IMG/VR virus record: IMGVR_UViG_3300020046_004077
Direction: 5' to 3' (one strand)
Source of the DNA: a virus
Taxonomy: Duplodnaviria; Heunggongvirae; Uroviricota; Caudoviricetes
DNA: 64,000 nt
The position numbers and the translations under genes were made by a program. This document shows positions 10,081-20,509 of the stretch, in pieces (the stretch's first letter is position 1; each line of letters begins with the position of its first letter). Under the pieces are notes generated by a model. It was given only the letters and a program-made list of their open reading frames with translations. It did not search any database and was not told where the DNA came from.

Positions 10081-10305
10081 TTAAGCTTTATCTTTACTTT
10101 TCTTACAAGAAAGTTTGGTTCTGAGTTTGTAGATAAGAGCATCTACTTTTTTCTTGAGAAGTTTATTAAATAAATGTGCCCCAAGTGCCCCTATAGCACC
10201 CATTGCCAATACTCCAAGGCTCTCCATCATTACTGACCCCACTCCTGCTGAGGTTATTACACCCATTACTATGTTACCCAGGTCTCCTGCTTGATCTTTA
10301 CTCAT
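10081..10305 (-). CDS. small glycine-zipper membrane protein
   Basis: 74 aa, GVITSAGVGSVMMESLGVLAMGAIGALGA hydrophobic Gly-rich segment plus basic C-terminus. Confidence 0.3.
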   Translation of the reverse strand: MSKDQAGDLGNIVMGVITSAGVGSVMMESLGVLAMGAIGALGAHLFNKLLKKKVDALIYKLRTKLSCKKSKDKA

Positions 10306-12710
10306 TACTTTTTAGATTTTGATTTAGACTTTTCTCCAACTACTTTATTCTTTAAGGCTACACTTGCTTGTTTATCAGCAATCTGTTTTCTAACCTTAAG
10401 TTCTTTCTCTTTTAAGTCCAATTCACGTTCTCTTTGACGTTCGTCAATTCTTATCTTCTGAGCAGTTAGTTGTTGATTGATTCTCTTATCTGCTTCATCA
10501 GAGAATTGTTTACGCACTTCAAGTGCATCAGGAATACCGTTATTATCGTTATCTCCTGTTCCTTCCACATTTCTGTAGGTAGAATAAGCTCCTTTGATAT
10601 GCTCTATCTCTTCTTTTCTGTCGTACTCAGCATTCATTAAACGTTCGTTAATGTAACCTTGTAATTCAGCAAAAGAGCCTTTTATCATTTCAAGTCTTTC
10701 TTGCGCCTCAGCCTCCTGTTGACTTATCGCTTGGTTAGCTTCCATTGATTTCTGTTCAGCTTCTTTTAGGATATTACGAAGCTTAGAAAGAGATCTGGCT
10801 TGTACTACATCTATGATTGTACTTGGAGCTGAGCCGTTCTGAGCGAAAGCTTGTACCTGTTGTCTTACCATTTCAAGGTTTTGGAGATCTCTTGCTGAAC
10901 GTGAGATGTAGACACCCATGTCTGTTTCAACGTATTGGGTAGGATCTATCTGTAGAATGATAGATCGCATGTCATCACCTTGATGTACAGCTTGGAAGCC
11001 GTCAATCCAAGCTAACTTAGATACGTCCAGCAGACCTTGTAGTTCACTTCTTACAAATTCCTCGAAGCGTGAAAATACCTTTTCTGAAATTACGGCTGAT
11101 TGGCTTATAGCCATTTGATTTCCTCTTACAGAATCTGAGGCTTTTGATTCTCCTTTACGCTGGCGTGTGATGCCAAGTAACTCATCCCACTCTGACTTTA
11201 CATATTCCATAATTTCTATCAGAGAAGAGATATGTTGGTAGAGGCCAAGGTCTACTGATTGATATTGGTTGAAGGATTTATCTACTCCTGGTTGACTTCT
11301 ATCTACCATTGCAAAGCCTGTTGACTCAGCCCAGTAGAAGAACTTCTCTTCGTCCCAACCAAACTTCTTTGGAATAGCGTTTTGGTCAATAAGTAAAATC
11401 TTACCTTTACTTTTGGCAATCGTTTTTTCTAAGTTGAAGTGGAGGATACGGTGTAGTGTTTCGTAAGGCAGTCCCATCTCTACGATTGATACGTTTTGAG
11501 AATGGGTATCTGAAAATCTCTTACCGTTGTATGGTAGTTTACATTCAGAAAGGTTTGTTACTGTATTACGTTGAGCTGTTACTGGTTGTATGCCGAGGTA
11601 GATTTCATCACTGATTCTATAACCTTCCCAAACTTCATTTACCCAGTACCATTCTACTGATTCTCCTTCAGAAGGTTTGTAAGTTTCAGGAACTTCTACT
11701 TCCTGCATTTGTCCCATTTCGTCCATGAAGCTGACAATACCTACTTTGGTAAGATACTTCCAAACTACATGGTAAACAATTACTTTTGAACGGTGAAGGT
11801 CCTGATCACTGTGTATACCTGTTTGTAAACCTGTTCCTATAGCACGGAGAGAAAGAACACCTGTTTCATCTTCTAAAACGTCAATATCGCTTTCTTTAAG
11901 TTCTTTGTGGAACATGTCTATAACATCTCCCCCAGTCATGTAAATTCTTCTTACAGCCCATTGAGCATCCTCGATGTATTCAACGTCAGGAGATTTATCG
12001 TAGTCGATGTCTAAAGGAGAAACACGTTCATGTACTATTTGGTTAGCTCTTACACCTTTGTAGGTATAACATTCTCCTGCAATCAACCAATCACGAAACA
12101 GTCTCTTAAATTTTTCTTCTAATTGTTGTTGGTCAATGATTATGTCCAAAGCAGCTTCTGCCATTTCAGCTCTTTGGTCTCTGTAGTTAGAGGCGAACTT
12201 AGATTTAATGTTGGCTGGTAACTCTACTTCCTGGCTTTCAACTCCGGTTTCTGCTCCCTGTTGGTTAAGGGAGTTAATGAATTGTTGTTGGAGTGATGCT
12301 AATATTTGCTGGTATTCTTGTTCCTGATAGGTGTTTACTGCATCTGCGTTATGCACCTTAACCGTAAATGCAAAAGGTCTTCTCTCGTATTCTCCTTCAA
12401 GTAAATCTACATTTGGACGAATAATGGTGTAAGGTCTTAATCTTGCAGGCCAGTTAGTATAATCTTGATTACTTGAGTTGAGGGGATTGGTTACGTAATG
12501 GAAGTATTCATCCGGCAATCTGTTGTTGTAAGCATCATAGAATACACGAACATCCCTGATGTTTGGGTCTACAACATGGTTAACAAACGTACATGCTGAA
12601 ATATAATGATCCATTACGTACTTTGTATGTTCAAAGTCGTTGGCTCTTTTTACTTTATCAGATACTCTTAATTTAGGTACCCGGCTCTTTTCTGTCCTTA
12701 CTTCTCCCAT
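10305..12710 (-). CDS. portal protein
   Basis: 801-aa ORF immediately downstream of terminase (1-nt spacing), long C-terminal coiled-coil/basic tail; size and position typical of portal. Confidence 0.5.
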   Translation of the reverse strand: MGEVRTEKSRVPKLRVSDKVKRANDFEHTKYVMDHYISACTFVNHVVDPNIRDVRVFYDAYNNRLPDEYFHYVTNPLNSSNQDYTNWPARLRPYTIIRPNVDLLEGEYERRPFAFTVKVHNADAVNTYQEQEYQQILASLQQQFINSLNQQGAETGVESQEVELPANIKSKFASNYRDQRAEMAEAALDIIIDQQQLEEKFKRLFRDWLIAGECYTYKGVRANQIVHERVSPLDIDYDKSPDVEYIEDAQWAVRRIYMTGGDVIDMFHKELKESDIDVLEDETGVLSLRAIGTGLQTGIHSDQDLHRSKVIVYHVVWKYLTKVGIVSFMDEMGQMQEVEVPETYKPSEGESVEWYWVNEVWEGYRISDEIYLGIQPVTAQRNTVTNLSECKLPYNGKRFSDTHSQNVSIVEMGLPYETLHRILHFNLEKTIAKSKGKILLIDQNAIPKKFGWDEEKFFYWAESTGFAMVDRSQPGVDKSFNQYQSVDLGLYQHISSLIEIMEYVKSEWDELLGITRQRKGESKASDSVRGNQMAISQSAVISEKVFSRFEEFVRSELQGLLDVSKLAWIDGFQAVHQGDDMRSIILQIDPTQYVETDMGVYISRSARDLQNLEMVRQQVQAFAQNGSAPSTIIDVVQARSLSKLRNILKEAEQKSMEANQAISQQEAEAQERLEMIKGSFAELQGYINERLMNAEYDRKEEIEHIKGAYSTYRNVEGTGDNDNNGIPDALEVRKQFSDEADKRINQQLTAQKIRIDERQRERELDLKEKELKVRKQIADKQASVALKNKVVGEKSKSKSKK

Positions 12711-12711
12711 A

Positions 12712-14850
12712 TTACATTATCAAATCACTATTAGGACCGTCTATTCTCATCATTTCTCTTGCTGTAAGCATAGTATTGCGTCTGTTTCCGTTGTTTGAAA
12801 AGATTGGACGGTTGAAAATATGGTCTCTATTCTGCTTTTGTTGTTCGTTAATTGTCTGTAATTCAGCTTCTTGTTGAATAGTCATTAAGACCAATAAACA
12901 AGAAATTCTATCAAAGTTACCATCTGGATGGTACTTTATCAACTCCTCTAGTAGTGCTCTATCGTATATCTTCTCAAGGTTAAGAACATATTGAGTTTCA
13001 TCTCCTACTATCTTTAAATTTCTTTCTTTCAGAAGCCAGTCAACCAGCTTTTGTACTCGCTCAGGTTTTGTATTCTCTTCAATTCGAACGAAGAACTGTC
13101 GTCCTGAAGTACGTTTAAAGTCTTTATCCTGGTTGAATACAGTAGGTCTTTCTCCACAGTAGTTTGTGAGGTTGTGTTGTATGGCGTAGTTTAGAAGTTC
13201 CTGTCCTCCACCCTTGATTTCAGTTTGTACTATAGCGTTGTAGAAACGAGCTGCCATAAATACTTTTTTGTGGAAATCTCTTACTCTTGGCGGTCTTCCT
13301 GCATACCATCCTACAAGTATGTCGTCTTCAGTAGGGAAGAGTGTGTTTGCTTTCTTGTAAACATAGTATGCGCCTAATGAATTCCAGTCTGTAGCTTGTT
13401 CAGTGTCTACTGCAAAACAGTCAGCTACGATGTAGTAAAGATTTTCAGGAACTTTACCATATTCATCGGTTAAAGGAGCTTCCAGCATTGTAAATGCTCC
13501 TTCCAAAACTGAATCAGTTTTATGAGGATACTTCTTTACAGGATCTAATTTTGAATTGAGGATAAACTTGATCTTGCCGTCTTCTACATCTATATCTCCT
13601 ACTTTTAGCATACCTTGTATTTCAGGAGTGGAGTCAACAATTCTGAGTTGCTTTTGCAGACGTCCAACCGGGAATGGATTGGCATTAAGACGCATAAGAG
13701 CTTCAGATGGACTGTAAGGTTGCTCCGCCACACGTTTGTCAAGGAGGACTTGGGACTTTTTCGCTAGTCTATCCCTTTCTTCATCACGAAATGCTTTTGC
13801 TTTAACAAAGTCGGTGTTGCCCCATTTGTCCATGAAACGTGTCATGTTGGCCCACGAAGGGAAGAAGAATCCGTGATCTTGGTTGATGGTTAGATCTGTT
13901 TCCCAACAATTATCGAATGGAAGACAATCAAACTGTTCTGGGTTACTAAAGATGTCTTCAAGCCCGGCAATACCTGGTCCTTGTTCACCACCAGTTCCCC
14001 ATACACACATCATGGCGAACTTAACACCACCTTGTTCTGCTAAGTCTTTGGCAGTCATCCAAGCTTCAACTAAATTCGGGAACGACCCCCCTTCCTCAAA
14101 GTTTACGTACCCACGGGCCCCCCTTAGTTTCCTTGGGTGATCTACTACTGCTCCTTGTATTTCTCCTCCAGTACGTTTCTCTACTCCTGATTCTGCATTG
14201 AAGTAGCTGGCACGCTTGTGTAAGTCTTGGTCTTTGTATTGGCGAAGATGCTTGAAAGCACGTTCAGTATACTCGTTGTGGAAGTTGATTTGATCCCATG
14301 CTTTAGAAAGTACACCGTCTTTGTTTAAGTATCTTTCTACAGCAACGAAATAGAATACAGGATCTTCTTTCTGGAAAGTATACTCGTGAACACCGAAGGA
14401 AGATAGGAGTTCAGAGAAACCGGTATCACGGGGTTTAAGTACAGCTAAATTCAAACCTTCTTCCTTAGCTAACATGTAATCACATGAGAAGAAGTAGTGA
14501 ATTGGCCAGAACTTGGGGAAAGCTGTAATACGCTTAGCTGATTTCTTTCCTTTATCTTCCTCTTTGATGATCTTCATCTGTTTGTAGTTGAGGAAGTGGT
14601 AGTACTTACCAGGAATCCAGAGCTTAGTTTGTGGGTTTATGTAACCGTGGATACAACGTTCTCTTTCTTCTCCCCAAAACAGATTGTATTTCTTGGAGTT
14701 GAATACCTCTCCACAATACTTTCCTTCTTTTAAGAATTTATTAGCTGCAGGACTGAATAGTTCAGTGTGCTCAAAGAAAGTGTTAAGGAGAAGATCTTTG
14801 TTGAACTTCCCCCTAACTTTCCTTGGAATGTCTTGTATTTCAAATGACAT
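12712..14850 (-). CDS. terL: terminase large subunit
   Basis: 712 aa at head of morphogenesis module; deviant P-loop-like LKPRDTGFSELLS and Asp-rich C-terminal segment (YYIVADCFAVD) consistent with ATPase + RNaseH-like nuclease architecture. Confidence 0.55.
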   Translation of the reverse strand: MSFEIQDIPRKVRGKFNKDLLLNTFFEHTELFSPAANKFLKEGKYCGEVFNSKKYNLFWGEERERCIHGYINPQTKLWIPGKYYHFLNYKQMKIIKEEDKGKKSAKRITAFPKFWPIHYFFSCDYMLAKEEGLNLAVLKPRDTGFSELLSSFGVHEYTFQKEDPVFYFVAVERYLNKDGVLSKAWDQINFHNEYTERAFKHLRQYKDQDLHKRASYFNAESGVEKRTGGEIQGAVVDHPRKLRGARGYVNFEEGGSFPNLVEAWMTAKDLAEQGGVKFAMMCVWGTGGEQGPGIAGLEDIFSNPEQFDCLPFDNCWETDLTINQDHGFFFPSWANMTRFMDKWGNTDFVKAKAFRDEERDRLAKKSQVLLDKRVAEQPYSPSEALMRLNANPFPVGRLQKQLRIVDSTPEIQGMLKVGDIDVEDGKIKFILNSKLDPVKKYPHKTDSVLEGAFTMLEAPLTDEYGKVPENLYYIVADCFAVDTEQATDWNSLGAYYVYKKANTLFPTEDDILVGWYAGRPPRVRDFHKKVFMAARFYNAIVQTEIKGGGQELLNYAIQHNLTNYCGERPTVFNQDKDFKRTSGRQFFVRIEENTKPERVQKLVDWLLKERNLKIVGDETQYVLNLEKIYDRALLEELIKYHPDGNFDRISCLLVLMTIQQEAELQTINEQQKQNRDHIFNRPIFSNNGNRRNTMLTAREMMRIDGPNSDLIM

Positions 14851-15032
14851 TAACGTAGTTTTACTTCTTCGATTGTTATGTAACCATCTTTCATGAGGTT
14901 CTCCAGATTATCTTCAACCAGGTTCTCCCAGTCGTAAGCTTCCAACTCTTTCATAGCTTTTTCCTTTGAGTCAAAGAGCATATCAGTTAAATCTGTATCC
15001 CACTCACAATTAATCCTGTAGACCTTCTTCAT
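14850..15032 (-). CDS. hypothetical protein
   Basis: 60-aa ORF abutting terL. Confidence 0.25.
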   Translation of the reverse strand: MKKVYRINCEWDTDLTDMLFDSKEKAMKELEAYDWENLVEDNLENLMKDGYITIEEVKLR

Positions 15033-15636
15033 CTTCTTCTTTTGTTTTATTTTTTGTTACTGCGTTATCCATAGCCATCCAACCAAGTTCATGATCCCCT
15101 TTGGATTTAGGATTACCTATCTGGCCCATCTTAACTTGTTGTTCAAGTTCTTGGAGAGTTTGAGCTAAACTTGGCAGCTGTTTTAGAGAATCAATTATCT
15201 CTTTTGGTTTATTGATGTAAGTGCCATCATCTTTTCTTTCTCCTAGATCTAAACTATTCAAATGAGCTTCCATTTTATCCAGGAACTTCTCAGCTGTGTT
15301 CAGGAGTCTTACAAACTTAGTTTTTTGCCCTCTTTCAAACTTAGGAATTAAAGCTTTAAGTTCAGGTGATTCTACCCAACCTTCAGGAAAGTTACAATCC
15401 TTCATTGCCTCCTCTTTTCTTTCAGCTTCAGAGTAATCCTTGTAAGGGCTCTTTGGTGAGTAGTTCAGGTATAGATACTTTAATTCAGCTAAAGCTCTGT
15501 ATCTTTTCCTACCATCATTATCTTTTGGTCCCTTGTTGTATTTGAGAGTAAGAAGAGTTTGGACTTCAGGAACAAGCTTTACTTCTTCTGAGTTGAACTC
15601 TATCTCTCCGTCTTCATTAAGCTTAAGCCATTCCAT
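15010..15636 (-). CDS. hypothetical protein
   Basis: 208-aa ORF, charged. Confidence 0.3.
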   Translation of the reverse strand: MEWLKLNEDGEIEFNSEEVKLVPEVQTLLTLKYNKGPKDNDGRKRYRALAELKYLYLNYSPKSPYKDYSEAERKEEAMKDCNFPEGWVESPELKALIPKFERGQKTKFVRLLNTAEKFLDKMEAHLNSLDLGERKDDGTYINKPKEIIDSLKQLPSLAQTLQELEQQVKMGQIGNPKSKGDHELGWMAMDNAVTKNKTKEEDEEGLQD

Positions 15637-15637
15637 G

Positions 15638-15928
15638 TTAATCGTGATCTACAAATAAAGGATACTTGTTTCTAAAAGCTCTCCAGTGAGAAGCCATGTT
15701 TTGGTATTCTCCGTACACAAGTTTAGACTCTGCTCCATGCAGGTTTAACCAAAACTTAGGACCTTTGTATTGTTTCCAGTCATCGGGATAAGGGTACTCT
15801 TCTATTCCTCTTACATCTTCCCAACAATAGCAGTGTTTGGCTGCAAATTCGTCCTTATTCTCTGTTCTAAAGATTACTGTCAGTTCAAGAGGATCATTAA
15901 AGTTGAATGAGTGTTCTATACTGTCCAT
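15638..15928 (-). CDS. hypothetical protein
   Basis: 96-aa ORF. Confidence 0.3.
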   Translation of the reverse strand: MDSIEHSFNFNDPLELTVIFRTENKDEFAAKHCYCWEDVRGIEEYPYPDDWKQYKGPKFWLNLHGAESKLVYGEYQNMASHWRAFRNKYPLFVDHD

Positions 15929-16075
15929 GTTGTTAGTTCATTTACTAGTTTTAATGTTTGTTCTTCATTTAGGTCGGTAAGAGTATCTTCGTTCCAGACC
16001 CACTTATCTTTGTTTAGCTTACCGTACCCCTCCAGTTGTAACACTGCTGCTGTTAGTCCAAACGGTTCTACTTGT

Positions 16076-16411
16076 TTAATTAGCTTCTTTATTGTCTTCA
16101 ATGTTATTTCCATTCTTTTTCTTTTCCCAAAGATTTAGTCTTATCTTTCCAGTTCTAACCATCCTTTTAAACTCAGAAGCTTGTATAGGATCCATACCTT
16201 TTAAGTGATTTATCATTTGTACCTCTTTGGGTTTGCTTTTGAAGACTCCAAGATAAGGCCACCGAATAGAATCAAAGCTGTCTGATTCCATGACTACTTT
16301 AGTGTATTCACTCTGAGCAGCAACCATCTTTTTTACAGTTGCTACTGGTAGTCCAAGTTCTTTAGCTACTTCCCAGATACAGACATCATTACAATATATC
16401 CTCTCGCTCAT
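16076..16411 (-). CDS. hypothetical protein
   Basis: 111-aa ORF. Confidence 0.3.
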   Translation of the reverse strand: MSERIYCNDVCIWEVAKELGLPVATVKKMVAAQSEYTKVVMESDSFDSIRWPYLGVFKSKPKEVQMINHLKGMDPIQASEFKRMVRTGKIRLNLWEKKKNGNNIEDNKEAN

Positions 16412-16712
16412 AGTTTATAATTATTTTGTTTTTGTAGAAGACTGGATTCATTTTATCTTCCTTGGTAATTACATTCTTCTTTTTGAATTTATTGACGTAA
16501 TTAACTGTAACCTGGTACTTTTGGTTCAACAGATTAGAAACCTGTTCTTTTACAGCTTGGTCTATAACTGTGTCCTGCTTTGGTAGAATAGAAAGAAAGC
16601 AGGCGATTACAGTGCATTCTTTGGGAGAAAGACCGTGACGATTCTTTGCTGTAATAAAGATCCCTGAGAGACTTCTTACAAAGCTACCCAGGGATTTAGG
16701 TTTAATTATCAT
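16389..16712 (-). CDS. hypothetical protein
   Basis: 107-aa ORF. Confidence 0.3.
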   Translation of the reverse strand: MIIKPKSLGSFVRSLSGIFITAKNRHGLSPKECTVIACFLSILPKQDTVIDQAVKEQVSNLLNQKYQVTVNYVNKFKKKNVITKEDKMNPVFYKNKIIINYEREDIL

Positions 16713-17005
16713 GTTTTCTCTTCAATCGCTTTTTTGTACATTGAAAGAAACTTAATCATAGTGTCTAACTTGTAGAGAACACCGTCTCTTGTTTGACCAG
16801 ATCTTCTTGGGTCTGAACACCAATCCAAGTTTAAATGAATTACAGTACTACAATCTCTTATCTTTAATTGTCCATCGTAGGAAAAGTGTGTCTTCTGGTC
16901 GTTTGGACACCGCTCTAATCTTCCCCAGATAGAGGCAACAGAGTGTTGACCTTTCTTGTTTAAGAATACTCCTTTCTCAAAAATTATCTTTTGTTTGCTT
17001 TCCAT
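16709..17005 (-). CDS. hypothetical protein
   Basis: 98-aa ORF. Confidence 0.3.
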   Translation of the reverse strand: MESKQKIIFEKGVFLNKKGQHSVASIWGRLERCPNDQKTHFSYDGQLKIRDCSTVIHLNLDWCSDPRRSGQTRDGVLYKLDTMIKFLSMYKKAIEEKT

Positions 17006-17232
17006 TCTTCCGGTATTTCAGGTATTAGCTTCTCCCCCGCTGTTGGGTTGCCGTAAATCTTAATATCGTTCTGATCTACTGTTCTAATATCCCCAGTATG
17101 ATAGAACTTAACCATAAACTGGGGATTAGAAGTGATAGATCCAGCAATCATAAACATTGCTACTCCGTGTCCAAGTTCTTTAACGTAGACATCGAAAGGG
17201 TTTAGAATTTCGTGAATTGTTTGGACTATCAT
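16984..17232 (-). CDS. hypothetical protein
   Basis: 82-aa ORF. Confidence 0.3.
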   Translation of the reverse strand: MIVQTIHEILNPFDVYVKELGHGVAMFMIAGSITSNPQFMVKFYHTGDIRTVDQNDIKIYGNPTAGEKLIPEIPEEWKANKR

Positions 17233-17831
17233 AATCCTTCTTTTTGTCTTTCTTTAGCTAACCACTCTTTGTATTCTTCATCAGCTTTAGTAAGTGGTTT
17301 AGGCATCTCTTTAGCTGATACCAGGTTTAGTTTAGCCATACGCTCTTCTTCGTCTGTAGGTAAACCAGCTAATTTCTTAGCATTCTCTTGTTGTTGAATA
17401 CGTTTAAGCAGTTCAGCATACTCTAATCCAGCTCCTACAAGACGTGCAATACAGTTGGTGAACAATTGTTCTCTCCAGGGAGAATCAGGATTTAACATCT
17501 CCTGAATATTACGGAATACGTAAGCTTCCTGATGTATAAGTTTTCCCTCCCAACCATCATCAAGTACTTGCTTACCGTCTTTATCAATCATCTGTTCTTT
17601 GTATCCTTTTGGACGGATAGATCTATCAAGACGAAGATAAGCACAGTGTTTGTTTCCACTTTCAGTGGTTACTTTATGGGTTGTTACAGTTAGAATGAAT
17701 TTAATTTCATTCTTCTCATTGTTGTTGTTAAAGGATTCTTGGTAAGCCTTGATTATGGAACTGGCTAATTCCTCCATAAATCCAGACTCAACTGTTTTCT
17801 CTTCTTGCAATTTCTCTGTTGATTTCTTCAT
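17229..17831 (-). CDS. hypothetical protein
   Basis: 200-aa ORF. Confidence 0.3.
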   Translation of the reverse strand: MKKSTEKLQEEKTVESGFMEELASSIIKAYQESFNNNNEKNEIKFILTVTTHKVTTESGNKHCAYLRLDRSIRPKGYKEQMIDKDGKQVLDDGWEGKLIHQEAYVFRNIQEMLNPDSPWREQLFTNCIARLVGAGLEYAELLKRIQQQENAKKLAGLPTDEEERMAKLNLVSAKEMPKPLTKADEEYKEWLAKERQKEGL

Positions 17832-18234
17832 TATACTTTAATGATATGTCTGTGTTAAAAAGGGCATCCATTACTTTGTTATACCCCTGTTCTATCTTAT
17901 ACTTTACTGTTGTTGGTAAAGGAGCTCCATCAAGAAACTCCTGGGTGTTGTTGCCTAACTCCCGCAGATGTTGCTTAATGAAGTTAAGTTGTTCTGTTGC
18001 TCCAATCAGGGTAGGGGGTTGAGGGTATGACATTTTATCTTCTGTCTTCTCAACTATCTCCTCTCCCCGATATTTGTCTAACTCGTCCTGAGCCTCTTTC
18101 CACCAGTAATACGTAAGTTGTAAGTTGTGGATAGCATCTTTAAGCGGGAATAATAGATTATTCTTACTATAACAAGTAATTGCTACATCCGTAGGAGTAG
18201 GGAGTTTAATTAGTAGCTCAAAGATACTTGTCAT
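17788..18234 (-). CDS. hypothetical protein
   Basis: 148-aa ORF. Confidence 0.3.
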   Translation of the reverse strand: MTSIFELLIKLPTPTDVAITCYSKNNLLFPLKDAIHNLQLTYYWWKEAQDELDKYRGEEIVEKTEDKMSYPQPPTLIGATEQLNFIKQHLRELGNNTQEFLDGAPLPTTVKYKIEQGYNKVMDALFNTDISLKYNEEINREIARRENS

Positions 18235-18542
18235 TTTCTATTCATTCTTTTAAACAGTCTGGCTTGTCTCCTGTTGAATCCTTTATGAGGATGCCATTCA
18301 AAGAAGCCAGATCCTGTCTTGTTCATTCTTACTAATTTTAATTCTTCAGTCAGGGCTTGTAGGTTAGCTCTTTTCAAAGCTAAGTCTTTACCGAATTCCT
18401 GCATTTTACTTTTCTTTTGGTCTTCGTCCAGACCTTCCTCCATTGGTTCAGACAGACTGTTTACCATTGTCTCTAGAGCCGACTGCTCTAGAATTATCTG
18501 GTTCTTCAGCTCCTTGATCTTTTCTCTTCTTGGATCGTTCAT
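18231..18542 (-). CDS. hypothetical protein
   Basis: 103-aa ORF. Confidence 0.3.
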   Translation of the reverse strand: MNDPRREKIKELKNQIILEQSALETMVNSLSEPMEEGLDEDQKKSKMQEFGKDLALKRANLQALTEELKLVRMNKTGSGFFEWHPHKGFNRRQARLFKRMNRK

Positions 18543-18688
18543 AAGCGTTTATTAATGTACATGATAAAACAAAGTAAAGTATTGCGTATGCTGCAATGGG
18601 TTGTAATAGTACCTGAATAAAGGATAGGGTGAATTGCATCAGCGCCATTGTTAGCATAATTGCAACTACTATTTTGGTTATAGTCATG

Positions 18689-19726
18689 TTAGTTACCGTA
18701 AAATTTGTTGTTAAAGAAAAACTTATTGTTGTGGTGAATTATTTGTTGTACGTAATAATTACCCTGATTGTCTATTGTTACCATAGCAAAACCATTTTGC
18801 CATTGACTTTTGGTACCACGGGGCATGTAGTTGAACAGTGGTGACGAAGCTTCCCCTCCCCACCCTATATTAAATCCCCCCACTTCCCCCTCAATGTAAG
18901 TTTGGATACGATGAGTGTGAACGTACATTACTGATCCCCTGTAAACGTCAATATGCTTCTTGGCGGAATGTACATTGAAGTATTCCCCGTGAATAAGATC
19001 AAGGTGAGCGCCTAATGTAACCTTATCCTGTTGCCATTTTGTGTAAGTGTAAAACCCTCTTTGATCAAGCTTTAATGCTTCTTGCGGTGAGGCAATAGTA
19101 GCTTTCGCCTTTTGCATATCTCCCATGTAACGGTTGTATCTATCCTCGTGATTACCGTACATGAAGATTTTTGTTGCTTTTGGGTTTAATCCTTCTGTGA
19201 TCTGGTCAAGAACTTTATTTCCTGCTTCATATTCTTTTCCTAATGTTAAGCCGGGAATAGCGGTAAATTTTCCAACATCATGACCAGATAGAGAATTCAT
19301 ATCCAGGAAATCACCGATTAAAGCAAGTCCTTGTAAGTTTGTGCCAAGGTCTTTAACCAGTTGAGAAATACCATTAATCATTGATTTATTCTCACCCGGT
19401 ACATGAACACAACCTAATACCAAGTACATACCTGGAGTAGAGAATTGAGCTGGTGTGTCCTGTTTAGTTTCTTCTTTGTCTAAAGGAATCAGCTCTTCCA
19501 ACTGCTCGAAGTCACTGCATTTACATGTTTGCTTTGAGATTATTTTTCTGACTTGTTCAGGATCGAGAGCTAATTCAAATTCTTTGATTGCTAATCTTGC
19601 AATCTCAGCTTTAGACTTTCCTTCGTGTTGTTTAGTAAATTCGTGTAAGAAGTTCCACTTACTCATTTGTGTTTTTGTTTGTTTCTTTTGTTTTTTAAAA
19701 CTGTCAATATGAAGCCTGACAACCAA
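18689..19726 (-). CDS. calcineurin-like metallophosphoesterase
   Basis: 345 aa; LVLGCVHVPG ... GDFLD ... MYGNHE motifs = phosphoesterase signature (D..H / GD..D / GNH[DE]). Confidence 0.55.
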   Translation of the reverse strand: MVVRLHIDSFKKQKKQTKTQMSKWNFLHEFTKQHEGKSKAEIARLAIKEFELALDPEQVRKIISKQTCKCSDFEQLEELIPLDKEETKQDTPAQFSTPGMYLVLGCVHVPGENKSMINGISQLVKDLGTNLQGLALIGDFLDMNSLSGHDVGKFTAIPGLTLGKEYEAGNKVLDQITEGLNPKATKIFMYGNHEDRYNRYMGDMQKAKATIASPQEALKLDQRGFYTYTKWQQDKVTLGAHLDLIHGEYFNVHSAKKHIDVYRGSVMYVHTHRIQTYIEGEVGGFNIGWGGEASSPLFNYMPRGTKSQWQNGFAMVTIDNQGNYYVQQIIHHNNKFFFNNKFYGN

Positions 19727-19759
19727 AGGAGTATAATAATTACTACTCCACCCATGTTG

Positions 19760-20092
19760 TTATTTCACTAATGTAATGAGGCTGAAAATGGAATAGCTTT
19801 CTTTAGCTTGTTCTATTGCCCACTGCTGTTCTGTCCACTCACTGGGATAAAGTGGAGATATGGGCTCCCATATAGGAACAGTTGTCCTATGAAATCCAGG
19901 ACCATTAATTGTAAAGTAATTACTTGTACCAGAACTGGTAGTTATGGTTGCACCTGTATCTACTATTCCTGTTATTAGAGGAGGGTAGTAACTGCTAGCT
20001 GCTGTAATGTTAGATGCAGACATCAGCTCATCGAGGACACGGATTTGGTCCTCGACTGAACTTGATGTTGGGGAGGGGATTTGCTCTTCCAT
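19760..20092 (-). CDS. hypothetical protein
   Basis: 110-aa ORF. Confidence 0.25.
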   Translation of the reverse strand: MEEQIPSPTSSSVEDQIRVLDELMSASNITAASSYYPPLITGIVDTGATITTSSGTSNYFTINGPGFHRTTVPIWEPISPLYPSEWTEQQWAIEQAKESYSIFSLITLVK

Positions 20093-20158
20093 AGTTTATG
20101 GATGCAAATATAAATATTGTTTAAACTAAAAAGCAAGTAAAACACAATATTTATTTTG

Positions 20159-20230
20159 AGCCTGATCCCTGGATCGAACAGGGGCATGTGAGTTTTGCAG
20201 ACCCATACCTTTCCACTTGGCTAATCAGGC
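20159..20230 (-). tRNA. tRNA-Cys(GCA)
   Basis: Hand-folded: acceptor GCCTGAT/ATCAGGC, anticodon stem TGGGT/ACTCA with loop CTGCAAA, T-arm CCCTG-TTCGATC-CAGGG. Confidence 0.55.
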
Positions 20231-20234
20231 AATG

Positions 20235-20305
20235 AGCAAGAGGAGGTAATCGAAACCTCATCCGCTGGTTGGAAGCCAGCTATAATAGCCGTTATACGAC
20301 TCTTG
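20235..20305 (-). tRNA. tRNA-Gly(TCC)
   Basis: Acceptor GCAAGAG/CTCTTGC, anticodon stem GCTGG/CCAGC loop CTTCCAA, T-arm with TTCGATT loop. Confidence 0.55.
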
Positions 20306-20361
20306 CTTAGAGTGCAGTACTGTCTAGACAGCAGGGCTACTGCACATGTTTCTCCCCTTTG

Positions 20362-20432
20362 TACCCAGTAATAGAATCGAACTACTACCACTTGCTTGTA
20401 ATGCAAGGACGCTACCATTACATCAACTGGGC
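20362..20432 (-). tRNA. tRNA-Val(TAC)
   Basis: Acceptor GCCCAGT/ACTGGGT (G1-U72), anticodon stem CTTGC/GCAAG loop ATTACAA; T-stem carries one mismatch. Confidence 0.45.
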
Positions 20433-20509
20433 GTATGTGGACTCTCTTGGTTACGCTCCAAGCTCCCTCGCTCTTCAGGCGAATGCTTTCACTAGATTAG
20501 CTTAAAGTC

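Noticed and set aside
12712-14850. Possibility that the 712-aa protein is not terminase
   Set aside because: The P-loop is deviant and I could not see a classic GKT/S. The call is retained on gene order (immediately upstream of portal), size and an acidic C-terminal nuclease-like region, but the uncertainty is kept.
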